DNA of 64,000 bases from Promethearchaeota archaeon. Its GTDB lineage: Archaea; Asgardarchaeota; Lokiarchaeia; Sigyniarchaeales; SOKP01. Below the pieces are notes generated by a model. That model did not search any database, was not told the origin of the DNA, and saw only the letters and a list, made by a program, of their open reading frames with translations. Of this stretch, positions 10,406 to 20,578 are shown piece by piece; the first letter of the stretch is position 1, and every line of letters starts with the position of its first letter. The DNA is taken from the NCBI GenBank assembly GCA_048939995.1, contig JBHLOY010000007.1, forward strand, positions 96,001-160,000, in the 5' to 3' direction. The position numbers and the translations under genes are program-made.

Positions 10406-10643
10406 GATAAATATATTTAGCTCAGTAATATTTAAAGATCCTCTTATAATTTAAGTTAAAGATAGATTTTTATATAAAATTATAAAAAAAATGTAAACAT
10501 TTAATAATTGATATTCTAATACACTAGAACTTTTAACTTATTTAATTTATTAAAGATTTATTAAAAAGACTCTCAATTAAATTGCCAAAAATTAATTCAA
10601 TTAAAAGATAAATGAAAATAGAAAAAAAAGATGAATTTAATAT

Positions 10644-12476
10644 TTACTTAGATTCTCCAAACTTGTCTTTATATATAGGATCGTTGATCTGTAAAATCCT
10701 ACGTTGAACTTTACCTAGTACATCCTTAGGGACTTCTTTTATAAACTCAATAATAGCTGGAACCTTCCAATGGGTCATATTTTCCTTAGCCCATCCCTTT
10801 AATTCTTCCTCAGTTATCTTTCCGATATATTCTGGTTTAAGCTCTACCCACGCTTTAGCAATTTCTCCAACTTTACCAGCTGGATCAGGTAACCCTGAAA
10901 CAGCTGCTTCTGAAACAGCTTCATTTTGCATCAACATAGATTCCACTTCCTTGGGAAATACAGAATGACCTGCTACTTTAATTAATTGTTTTTTGCGATC
11001 TCGAATTTCAATAGTCCCATCTGGATTCATGAAACCAATATCACCTGTTAATAACCATAACTTACCATTATATTCTTTAATTGTGTCATCAGTCTCTTCT
11101 GGTCGATTTAAATATTCTAACATCACTTGAGGACCATGAACACAAATTTCTCCAGTATGTTCCTCTCCAAATGTAGTCTCGTTTGGATTTCCTAAACAAA
11201 TGGGACCCGTATTGAAATCTTCTGATGGCCAAATTCCCCATTCTGTACCCGGAAATGGCATTCCAATTGTGCCAATAGGACTGTTTCCAAACAAATTTCC
11301 TGCGCTTACAACTGGAGAAGCTTCTGAAAGTCCGTATCCTTCCACAATTCTACCACCGGTACTCTTTTCAAAAGCATCTCTCACTGGAGCGTGTAAAGGA
11401 CCAGCTCCTGATACGCTTAATTTTAGCTTTCCCATAAGATTGGGAAACTTTTCTAAATGTGGAAAATCAGCAATTCTTTTGAATAAAATCTCTGCCCCAG
11501 CGTATACTAAACCCTCTGGTGCAGGGAGTTCTTCTATATGTTCTAATAGTTCTTCGGTAGGGGGTGGAGTTGGAAATAACATGATCCATCCACCAAAAGC
11601 AATTGTAGTATTCATAACGACTGTATGACCAAAACTATGGAAAAATGGAAGAATGCCTATATTACCAATGCCAGGTTTTTCACCACCTAACCAGTACATA
11701 CACTGCTTTGCATTCGAAACGCAATTAAGATGAGTCAACACAGCAGCTTTAGGCAATCCCGTTGTTCCTCCAGTCATAATATAAGTAGCTGGATGAGTTT
11801 TTACGTCAATATCAACTTTTGGAACATTAGGTTCTGTTTTAAGCAAGTCCATAAATTTGTGTGCTCCGGCTATATTTACTTTTCCCTTGGGAATCATTCC
11901 TAACATTTTACCTAATGTTCTTTTAAAGCCAAGACCCTTTGCTAAATCAGCAAGATTAGTATAGATTATTATTTCTACTTTAGATTTATCTAAGATATCA
12001 CCTATATAAGGTAAATTTTTCTTTATGCGTGATTTACTAGTTTCATCAAAAACGGCATCATATGTAAGTAAAACTTTCGCATTGGTTAATGTTAATTGGT
12101 GCAAAATCTCTAATGGTTTATAAGTTGGATTAACTCCCGTAGCAATGGCTCCAATTCTCACAGCTGCATAATATGCAACAGCATATTGAATGCAATTTCC
12201 CATAAGTATTGCAACAACATCACCTTTTTTTACACCAAGATTATGTAGTGCGGTAGCAAATCGATCAACATAATCATGAAATTCTTTATATGTTACCCAT
12301 GTTTCTAAAAACCAAATAAAATTATCATTGGCATATTTTTGTACTTGTTCGTCTAAAAACTCACTGAGCGTTTTTTCTTCAAAAGAAACATTTTTTGGAA
12401 CGTTAACAGGCCACCATTTTTTAAACCATAGTTTGTTTTCATCGACTTGATATTTATCATCCTTTTTGATTGGCAT
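10644..12476 (-). CDS. long-chain acyl-CoA synthetase (AMP-binding)
   Basis: YIMTGGTTGLPK, EGYGLSE, GPQVMLEY, TGDIG, DRKKQLI adenylate-forming motifs. Confidence 0.9.
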   Translation of the reverse strand: MPIKKDDKYQVDENKLWFKKWWPVNVPKNVSFEEKTLSEFLDEQVQKYANDNFIWFLETWVTYKEFHDYVDRFATALHNLGVKKGDVVAILMGNCIQYAVAYYAAVRIGAIATGVNPTYKPLEILHQLTLTNAKVLLTYDAVFDETSKSRIKKNLPYIGDILDKSKVEIIIYTNLADLAKGLGFKRTLGKMLGMIPKGKVNIAGAHKFMDLLKTEPNVPKVDIDVKTHPATYIMTGGTTGLPKAAVLTHLNCVSNAKQCMYWLGGEKPGIGNIGILPFFHSFGHTVVMNTTIAFGGWIMLFPTPPPTEELLEHIEELPAPEGLVYAGAEILFKRIADFPHLEKFPNLMGKLKLSVSGAGPLHAPVRDAFEKSTGGRIVEGYGLSEASPVVSAGNLFGNSPIGTIGMPFPGTEWGIWPSEDFNTGPICLGNPNETTFGEEHTGEICVHGPQVMLEYLNRPEETDDTIKEYNGKLWLLTGDIGFMNPDGTIEIRDRKKQLIKVAGHSVFPKEVESMLMQNEAVSEAAVSGLPDPAGKVGEIAKAWVELKPEYIGKITEEELKGWAKENMTHWKVPAIIEFIKEVPKDVLGKVQRRILQINDPIYKDKFGESK

Positions 12477-12665
12477 TTTCTTTCAACTTACTTTTTAAAA
12501 TTGCAATTGATTTAATGCATCATCCTATTATTACTTTCGGTGTTTCCCCAATTAGATTTAATCAAAATTATAATTATGGATTTTTTCTTCAATCACTCTT
12601 AGTAAACTAACCGTTTTACATTAAGAAAGATTGTTTAAAAAATAAAAAAAAAGATTAAATTAAAT

Positions 12666-14807
12666 TTAAAATCTAGCGTCTTTACGCCTTTTGATTAATA
12701 TAGTTGCTACACCAATTAATCCAACACCTGCAACTAATAGAATTATGGCCCAGAATCCTTGTGCTTCAAAAATCATATATACTGAGAAAGTAGGGTCATG
12801 CCATATCCCTGTACCATCCTCAAATTCGGGAAAACATACTGCATAGAACATAACGTTGTAAGAAATATTTAACTTAATGTCAGCTGCGAACATCTCCACT
12901 TCTCCAGGGGTACCTTCATAAGTTTCATGTGCATTTAATTCCGCCTCAAAAAGCGCGATGGGTAAAATTGCTGTGCTCGCGTTCGCATGCGTTCTGGAAC
13001 TTTCTGAACCATGTTCATAATAGGGTCCAGCAATATCTACAAAATCTAGTTTCCCAGCAATACTTGCACCAAGATAATTACCAATGCTCAATTTGTGTTC
13101 TACGTCTTCATAATCCTGTGAAGGATCTAATATTTCATCACCTTCACCAGTAAGGGTATCAACTGTCAAGTGGAAATGCAGAACTGTGGAAACATATAAA
13201 ATTGCGAGATCTAATCCATCGATCTCGTTATTTGCACCATAGGTTTCGGGATCATTCCAGGGAGCAAATAATTGATCCACTTTAAGAGCTCCATGTAAAA
13301 CAGGTACCGTCCCTCCCCCAGATGAGGGTAATTCAATTTCTTTTGGTTCAAATGTAAAACCAAAATGTACATAAGCTAGATCTTCCGGTTGAGATCCTAA
13401 ATATGAATCTAAATCGACTCCAACTGGAACAGGTCTTATCTGTGCTTGATTCAAAGTTAATCCCCATGAGAACTTATTGGTACCCGTAATGTGTGGTTTT
13501 TCGAAAGTAAAGCTACCAACAGAGCCAAGCATTATTCGATGTGTAATTTCATTAGTACGAGGTACAAATACTTCTTCACCATCAACCAAAATGGGTGTAT
13601 TTGTTCCAGATTGATTAACCCTTACATATTCAGAGGAGATCTTACCATCGGGAATTTCAGGACCAGGCCCATCAGGATCAAGATCCTCATACAAGAAAGC
13701 ACCAGCTAAATGATGTGTGAATAAAAAGAATTCAATATCTAATCCTTGAAAAATATCTGCAGGATTAATTGAACCAGAACCCCCACCACTCAATAAACTT
13801 AATGCTTCAGCAACATTAATATGAATTTCAAAATTTTTAATCCATAATTGAATAACATCAAATGTAAATGAAGTAAAAACGGTCTCAGCAAGAGCAATCT
13901 CATCTGTTTCAGTTAATAACCATTCCATATAACTATCTTTTTTTGTTTGAGCTGTCGCATTCCAAGTATCTAAAACAAGATCTCCATTAACTACTCCACT
14001 AAGAGTATTCATTGGAACATCTGTAATTGGTCCGCCAATTGCCCAATCATTACCTGTGACTCTCATAGTTTTGGTTATACTAAAGTTAGCATATGGGGTA
14101 ATCTCTAACTTTTGCCATGTTATAGGATTGAGAATAAATAATTCTTCTCCAGTAAATATATCATTGATATGAATTAAAAACCAAGTTATTAATTCAACGC
14201 CTTCTCGAATCAAATCCTCAGGTATTCCTCCAGGACTTCCTTCATATGTAAAGAGGGATCGGAAAAAATTAAGTATTCGTGTAAGGGCATTAATAAAAGA
14301 TCCATCATTATCCCAGATAACCAGTGTTATGCCTACTCCAACAGTGTAATTAAATATATATGATCCAGTTTTAGCTACTTCACAATAGGCATAACCAAGA
14401 TCATTGGCTGCAAGTTCAGGAGTAGCTTCATAATAGGAATAAGGTACCATATAATATTCAGTTTCAGTTGCATCTCTTATACCCTCAGTAGAGTCTTCGA
14501 TTGATGCACTGATAGTATAAACATTAGGTAGTATCTGACTACTTTCAAATTCAGTAAAAAGTTGTAATAACATCATTTCAAAAACAGTACCTATTAATCT
14601 ACCCCCGTAACCCATACCCCCAAATATTGAACCAAAACCTTGTTGAAATAAACGAATTAGACTTTCTCCATCTTGGTTATAATCAATACCATCATCAAAA
14701 GTATTAGAAGATCCAGCAACCATGACAGGTGTTGCGACTAATGATGCGAGAAACAATGTAATAACCATTAAGGCTTTTCCATTTAATTTTTTCATATTCT
14801 CACACAT
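12666..14807 (-). CDS. large secreted/surface protein with signal peptide and C-terminal TM anchor
   Basis: N-terminal KKLNGK + hydrophobic signal; acidic beta-rich body; IWHDP, TM helix, then basic KRRK tail. Confidence 0.65.
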   Translation of the reverse strand: MCENMKKLNGKALMVITLFLASLVATPVMVAGSSNTFDDGIDYNQDGESLIRLFQQGFGSIFGGMGYGGRLIGTVFEMMLLQLFTEFESSQILPNVYTISASIEDSTEGIRDATETEYYMVPYSYYEATPELAANDLGYAYCEVAKTGSYIFNYTVGVGITLVIWDNDGSFINALTRILNFFRSLFTYEGSPGGIPEDLIREGVELITWFLIHINDIFTGEELFILNPITWQKLEITPYANFSITKTMRVTGNDWAIGGPITDVPMNTLSGVVNGDLVLDTWNATAQTKKDSYMEWLLTETDEIALAETVFTSFTFDVIQLWIKNFEIHINVAEALSLLSGGGSGSINPADIFQGLDIEFFLFTHHLAGAFLYEDLDPDGPGPEIPDGKISSEYVRVNQSGTNTPILVDGEEVFVPRTNEITHRIMLGSVGSFTFEKPHITGTNKFSWGLTLNQAQIRPVPVGVDLDSYLGSQPEDLAYVHFGFTFEPKEIELPSSGGGTVPVLHGALKVDQLFAPWNDPETYGANNEIDGLDLAILYVSTVLHFHLTVDTLTGEGDEILDPSQDYEDVEHKLSIGNYLGASIAGKLDFVDIAGPYYEHGSESSRTHANASTAILPIALFEAELNAHETYEGTPGEVEMFAADIKLNISYNVMFYAVCFPEFEDGTGIWHDPTFSVYMIFEAQGFWAIILLVAGVGLIGVATILIKRRKDARF

Positions 14808-15095
14808 TAGTAATTTTAATAGATAAATTGATTCTTAAAATAATAATTAAATTTGTGATTTTTAATGATTTATATTCTAATTGAATAGAAAATTAAAAGT
14901 TTAAAATTGGATTGATTAAATATTGAGAAATCTATGACTTATAATATTGTCAGTTAACTTATTGAACTTGAATAATAAAAGATTCTGATAGAATGGCTTA
15001 AATCAAAAATTGAAGTTATAATATCTTGATTACCGTTATAAGTTATAATTTAGTCAAAATTTAGAAGAAAATTAATGATTTTATCTCAAATTGAT

Positions 15096-16106
15096 CTAAT
15101 CTTCAATTCGGTAAAAGGTATAAAATAGGACAAAAATATATAAAATTGCAGATACGAGTAAACTCACGATTCGTATAAATTCTGAAAACTCAGTATCAGC
15201 AGTAAATACTACATTTGAGCCAATAAAAACTGCTGCTACGAAATAACCAAACAAATGGCTTTTGAAACCCTTATATTTAGACTTTCCACGAATATAATTA
15301 ACAATTGATATGAATATGATTATAACAAAACCCGCGATGTAAAATACTTGAATGACTGGATTTTCGCTCCAATCTAACCATAAAAAAAATCCAAATAGAA
15401 TAACTTCTAAAATTCTAACACCCCAAAATTGCTTTTTTTCAGTTGTATCAACAAAGATCTGTTCATATTCACTTATTCCAGAATTTGAAAATAAAATTAT
15501 TAAGGAACCAATAGCTAAGGCTGTGAATAAAGAGTATGATATATCAAAAAGATAAGGAAGGATTGGGACCCAAATAATATTCCATAAAAATAATGGTAAA
15601 TCCAAATATTCAGGTATAATACTGATAGTACAGAATAGGGGGATTAAAGAAGCAAAAACCATAACAAACTTTGTAATAAAAGATACTCTAGTATCTTCTT
15701 CCCAACTCTCTTTTCTGAATGTAGTTAAACGCCAAGCAAATGATGCAAAACTCAAAATTGACACCACTGGTGTAATTGTAGGAAATACAAAAATAAATAA
15801 AATATATACAGCATTAATTCCATAAAAAAATTTTAATCTTGAAGGGACTACACTTATTCTATCATCAAAAGAATCTATAGTATTAGCAAATCGACTAGCA
15901 AATAATATTAGGAAAAATAACCAAGAAATACTAAAAACTAATGGACAAACTAATCTTACCATCCAGAATGTAAAAGTTGGATCATTAGAATACCATATAC
16001 CAAAATCTACAAAAGCGTAAATAAAGAAAATACTCAATGGAACTAAAATAATAGCTAAGAGTACAATTAAGCGAGAAACTATAACCCCTTTAACTTGTTT
16101 TGACAT
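15096..16106 (-). CDS. polytopic membrane protein of unknown function
   Basis: 336 aa, about 9-10 hydrophobic segments. Confidence 0.65.
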   Translation of the reverse strand: MSKQVKGVIVSRLIVLLAIILVPLSIFFIYAFVDFGIWYSNDPTFTFWMVRLVCPLVFSISWLFFLILFASRFANTIDSFDDRISVVPSRLKFFYGINAVYILFIFVFPTITPVVSILSFASFAWRLTTFRKESWEEDTRVSFITKFVMVFASLIPLFCTISIIPEYLDLPLFLWNIIWVPILPYLFDISYSLFTALAIGSLIILFSNSGISEYEQIFVDTTEKKQFWGVRILEVILFGFFLWLDWSENPVIQVFYIAGFVIIIFISIVNYIRGKSKYKGFKSHLFGYFVAAVFIGSNVVFTADTEFSEFIRIVSLLVSAILYIFVLFYTFYRIED

Positions 16107-16215
16107 AGCTTAATTTCAACGAACATTTGATTAAGATAGATATAATAGTTTACTAATATAAAATATGCTTTTTAAAAATAAAAAATGGATAAAAATTATT
16201 GAAATTAGATTTATA

Positions 16216-16968
16216 TCAGCGATTAATTTTAGCTCCACAATTTGTACAAAAATCAACCCCGAGTGGAATTTTGGTTCCACAATTTGTACAGACGGCTGAA
16301 CCTTTATCTAATATAGGTTCTCCTGAATCTTTTTCTTTTACTTCTTTTTTCTTAACTTTTTTCTTTTTTCCTGCTGGTTTGTATCTTAAACTACCTATAA
16401 ATGCTCCAAATACAGAACCAATCAAACTTCCTTCTAGAATTGCTGTAAAAACAGCTAAGAGATAAGGCAGATCAGTTAAACCCATCGATAAACCATCTAA
16501 TACTCCTGCAACAAGTGACCCCAGCCCAGGTGAAATAGCACCAAGGATTAAAGGTATAACAAAGTAAATTACAAAAGTTACAATAATAAACCCAATACCA
16601 ATTGCTAAACTAGTATGGAGTGCTTTTTTGGGAGTTTTCGAAGAAATCGCACTAGCAACTAAACAAGCCAAAATCCATGGAAGAATTAATGAAATAAGCA
16701 AAAAAACATCATTTGGACGATAGTAAAGGGCCCAGTGAATTGGGAAGAATAAGACCATAAAAAGTCCTAAAAATATACTTACAAAAATTGCTAAAAATCC
16801 CCCTCCTGGTAAAAAACCACTTAACATTCCAAGTGCGTCATTTAAATCCTCAATTAATCCTCCAGTAACACTACTCGTCAAATCTAATAAACTAAAAGAG
16901 ACCCAAGAAAAGAGAGCTAATAAAATCATGCCTACTATTCCGCTCCATACAACTCGACCGAATCCCAT
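16216..16968 (-). CDS. membrane protein with C-terminal zinc ribbon
   Basis: Multiple TM helices, Lys-rich linker, CTNCG...FCTNCG. Confidence 0.7.
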   Translation of the reverse strand: MGFGRVVWSGIVGMILLALFSWVSFSLLDLTSSVTGGLIEDLNDALGMLSGFLPGGGFLAIFVSIFLGLFMVLFFPIHWALYYRPNDVFLLISLILPWILACLVASAISSKTPKKALHTSLAIGIGFIIVTFVIYFVIPLILGAISPGLGSLVAGVLDGLSMGLTDLPYLLAVFTAILEGSLIGSVFGAFIGSLRYKPAGKKKKVKKKEVKEKDSGEPILDKGSAVCTNCGTKIPLGVDFCTNCGAKINR

Positions 16969-17143
16969 ATTAATTTCCTCAATAAAAGGTGTTAAAGTTG
17001 AATTGAAAATATTTGATATTCTCTTACTAAATCAAACACGATTTTTATATTTATAATTTTGTTATAGTCCAATTTTTGAGATATGAAATATTAAGATATT
17101 TGAATTTAATTAAACTAGTCCATAAAAATTGAAAAAATAGAAT

Positions 17144-17836
17144 TTACTTAATGTTTATTATTGCTCCCTTCTCCATTTGCACTACTTTATTCGCATATGA
17201 TGACAGTGAGCCTCGATGAGTAACAACTATAACGGTTGTTTCCATATCTTTATTAATCTGTTTTAATAAATCCATTACATCTTTCTCACTCTGGGGATCA
17301 AGGTTTCCTGTGGGCTCATCTGCAAGTATTACTCTTGGGCGATGGACGATCGCTCTTGCTAGACCACACCTCTGCTTCTCTCCACCTGACATTTGTACAG
17401 GGTAGTGATCTTTCCTTTCGAGTAAATTTACATCCCTTAAAGCAGCAATAGCTCGGTTTTCAATTTCTTTTTCGCGCAGCACAGTTGGCCATAAAAGAGC
17501 CATGATGTTTTCTATAGCTGTAAGAGTAGGAACCAAGTTAAAATCTTGAAAAACAAATCCAATTTTTTGTCTTCTAATTTTACTTAGCCTATCTTCAGTT
17601 GCACGAGCGATATTTTCTCCATCAAAAATAATTCTCCCACTATCTGGAAGGTCCAAACCAGAAATGACGTTTAAAAGTGTAGATTTTCCACAACCCGTCG
17701 GTCCTTGCACAATCACAAATTCACCTGATTTAATCGTTATATTGATATCTGCTAAAGCACGAATAATTGCTCCAGCTCTTCGATATTCTTTATTTACATC
17801 AATAGCCTCAATCATAGTATCTTTATCTACTGGAAT
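17144..17836 (-). CDS. ABC transporter ATPase, LolD/MacB family (start ATG 17815 or in-frame ATT 17836)
   Basis: GPTGCGKS, GFVFQDFNL, MSGGEKQR, LADEPTGNLD, VTH; GAGGTGA lies 6 nt before the in-frame ATT. Confidence 0.9.
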   Translation of the reverse strand: MPVDKDTMIEAIDVNKEYRRAGAIIRALADINITIKSGEFVIVQGPTGCGKSTLLNVISGLDLPDSGRIIFDGENIARATEDRLSKIRRQKIGFVFQDFNLVPTLTAIENIMALLWPTVLREKEIENRAIAALRDVNLLERKDHYPVQMSGGEKQRCGLARAIVHRPRVILADEPTGNLDPQSEKDVMDLLKQINKDMETTVIVVTHRGSLSSYANKVVQMEKGAIINIK

Positions 17837-17850
17837 TTTCTCTCACCTCT

Positions 17851-18411
17851 TTATTCACCCACCCTTTTTAGTGCTATTATAGGTCGCACTTTTAAAACCT
17901 TTCTATTTGCTAATAAAATAGCAACGATTTGAAAGAACAGAAAAATAATAAATGTTACCACAACTGGCAATAAACTCACTAGTGGTAATTGTGCAATATT
18001 ATATGTACTTCCATATACTTCTGCTACCCATGCTTCCCAATATCCAACTATAGCAGCATAATGAAATAAGACTTCAATAACTAAAATAAATCCAAGAATT
18101 GTTGTAAATAAAATAAATCCAGAAACAAGGGAATTAATATCTCTATTAGTCCAACCTATACATTTCAGCGTCGCAATAGTCTTAGAATTTCTTCTAACGA
18201 TAATCCAAGCATAGAGGAGTGATAAAAATATTCCAATTCCTAAAGCTATGAAAAATGACACAGAAGCAACTCCTAGACCCTCACCAATTATTAATTCCAC
18301 CGAAAAACTTGTCCAGAAGATTAAAATTGTATACATTAAACAAAACACAGTAAATTGCCTTTTTTCACGTAATACCATTACAACTGCTTTTTTAAATAAT
18401 CTAAATGCCAA
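17851..18411 (-). CDS. minimal FtsX/MacB-type ABC permease
   Basis: RRNSKTIATLKCIGW...I and RKVLKVRPIIALK are FtsX-domain motifs; 4 TM; no large extracellular domain. Confidence 0.75.
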   Translation of the reverse strand: MAFRLFKKAVVMVLREKRQFTVFCLMYTILIFWTSFSVELIIGEGLGVASVSFFIALGIGIFLSLLYAWIIVRRNSKTIATLKCIGWTNRDINSLVSGFILFTTILGFILVIEVLFHYAAIVGYWEAWVAEVYGSTYNIAQLPLVSLLPVVVTFIIFLFFQIVAILLANRKVLKVRPIIALKRVGE

Positions 18412-18499
18412 TTAATTCACCGATTTGCAAAAATTAATTTTTTATATGAATTGTTTGTATAGTTATATAATAAAATGACAATAAAAGTTTTAGGAAAAA

Positions 18500-18904
18500 A
18501 TGTCATCAGAAATACAATCAATTATTAATGATCTCTTAAATGAAGAACAAAGTGTATTTGGGGTAGCAGTTGTTAGTAAATCCGGAACTTTAATTACTCA
18601 GACAGAGAATTGGGATATATCTCAGGATCTTGCTAGAATAAATGAATTGCTTCAAACTAAGTTAGAGTTGGGCCAAAAAGGAATGTCAAGTATTTCAATT
18701 CAAGGAATAAAGTATATGATTGTTGAAAATACAGAGGAACGTAAAATTGGAACTAATATAACAGGAAAAGGGCATATAATTATAGCTCCTGTGCCAGTTG
18801 GGGGTACAGGTGCGTTAATCTGCTATATAAACCCGCAAGTAGGACCAAGAGATGCTTTATTTGTAGTACAGTCTTATGCTTTAAAACTCCAAAATTTAGT
18901 TTAA
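18500..18904 (+). CDS. Asgard (Loki-type) profilin
   Basis: ITQTENW, SISIQGIKYMIVENTEERKIGTNITGKGH, PVGGTGALI, NPQVGPRD closely match Lokiarchaeal profilin as I recall it. Confidence 0.92.
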   Translation: MSSEIQSIINDLLNEEQSVFGVAVVSKSGTLITQTENWDISQDLARINELLQTKLELGQKGMSSISIQGIKYMIVENTEERKIGTNITGKGHIIIAPVPVGGTGALICYINPQVGPRDALFVVQSYALKLQNLV

Positions 18905-18991
18905 ATTCTTCTTAACTTTTTTATTATTGCATTTAATATTATTACCTAAAAAAATGTAAATGAATAAAATTGTTAAAAAGGCCATATAAAC

Positions 18992-19357
18992 ATGTTTTTA
19001 CAGATAGCTTTTATAAGTTTGCTTTCAGATTATGGACCAATACTAATTTATATGAGTTTCGATATCGTTATCCTCATTTTTGCAATCTTCATCTACAAGA
19101 AAAATTCATATAAATATGGATTATATTTAATGATTTCCTCTATAATTTCTCTAATATCAAATGTAATTTTAATTGCAATTAATTATCCTTATTTGGCATA
19201 TAATCTATCAGTAGTTTATGGGTTTTCTTCCTATATGGTTGGTTTTGTGCTGTCTATTGTAGGACTTATATTTCTGGCTTTAGGGGTTTCTAGTAAGATT
19301 CTATTATTTTTAGGAATTTACCAGATATATAAAACTCATAAACCAAATAGAGAATAA
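18992..19357 (+). CDS. small membrane protein
   Basis: 121 aa, 3 hydrophobic helices. Confidence 0.55.
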   Translation: MFLQIAFISLLSDYGPILIYMSFDIVILIFAIFIYKKNSYKYGLYLMISSIISLISNVILIAINYPYLAYNLSVVYGFSSYMVGFVLSIVGLIFLALGVSSKILLFLGIYQIYKTHKPNRE

Positions 19358-19369
19358 TAACGATACTTT

Positions 19370-20476
19370 TTATTCAGTACTGATACTCTCCCAATAATTA
19401 CTCAACAAATCCTTCAAAGATTTTTTAATTTTGAAAATTTCCTCTCGTTTTGACGCTTTAAAAAGATAAATTCTCTCAAAATCAGCTGGCTCATATTTAT
19501 CTTTTAAAAGGGCTTTTAATACAGCTTGAATGCAATAAGGCAGCCCGATTGGGCTATATCCCCCTTCTAAAACAAAAGCTATTCTACCTTCACAAATTCT
19601 TTCAGAAATCTGCAAAATTTTCTCAGTGAATTTGTAATAAGCCTTACTGGTCAAAAGGCAATTACCAATAGGGTCAGCAAAATACATATCAAATCCTGCA
19701 GCAACGATTATAAGGTCTGGTTTGAAATCACTCAATAGTATATCAATTAAATCAAAAAATATGTAAAAATCTTCATCTATTATTCCTTCAGGAACAGGAA
19801 AGTTAATATTTTTTCCTATCCCCTTTCCATGGCCTAGCTCATCTATAAATCCTAAATCTGCTTGTGAAAAATCGTATTCATGAATTGAAAAGTAGAGTAT
19901 TTTGGGATCTTCATAAAAATATTGCGCGAGACCATCTCCAAAATGATTATCAATATCAACTATCGCAATTTTCTTTCTATAATTTAATTTATTTCTTAGA
20001 TATAGGATTGAGGTAGCAATATTATTAAAAATACATAATCCCGTGGCTTTTTCTCTAAACGCATGATGTCCCGGGGGTCTTATTAGAGCAAATGTATGAT
20101 TAACTTGCTTTTCAAGCACACTTTTAAGTGCTTGAATTGTCCCTCCAACTGCTTTCTTAGCTAATTCGAAAGTATCTTGTGTAATAAACACTTCTTCGTC
20201 GAGCAAACCACCTCCCATTTTTGAGAGACGCTTAACTGCTTCAATATGATATGAGGAATGAGCTAATGAGAGAACATGTTCATCAATAGATATTGGTTCT
20301 AGCTTACAGACACGGTCATCATGAAAAAATCCTTTTTTATTCAAAAATTCCATGACATACTTAATTCTTAAGGGATTTTCAAAAGAAATAAAAATCGGTT
20401 TTGGATAAATTGGAATATGTTTTAATGTAAAATCATCATCAATTACTATCCCTAACTTTTTATTCATATTCATCAT
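19370..20476 (-). CDS. histone deacetylase family (Zn-dependent) protein
   Basis: RPPGHHA, GLCIFNN, DIDNHFGDG, SIHE, AGFD...DP, LEGGY. Confidence 0.92.
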   Translation of the reverse strand: MMNMNKKLGIVIDDDFTLKHIPIYPKPIFISFENPLRIKYVMEFLNKKGFFHDDRVCKLEPISIDEHVLSLAHSSYHIEAVKRLSKMGGGLLDEEVFITQDTFELAKKAVGGTIQALKSVLEKQVNHTFALIRPPGHHAFREKATGLCIFNNIATSILYLRNKLNYRKKIAIVDIDNHFGDGLAQYFYEDPKILYFSIHEYDFSQADLGFIDELGHGKGIGKNINFPVPEGIIDEDFYIFFDLIDILLSDFKPDLIIVAAGFDMYFADPIGNCLLTSKAYYKFTEKILQISERICEGRIAFVLEGGYSPIGLPYCIQAVLKALLKDKYEPADFERIYLFKASKREEIFKIKKSLKDLLSNYWESISTE

Positions 20477-20578
20477 ATTAATTTTTTGATTTAAAAAATA
20501 CCTAGAATAATATATTTGAAATTGCTTAAATTAATTTAAAAATAATTTAATTTTAATTAAAAAACCTGAGTATCAAAG

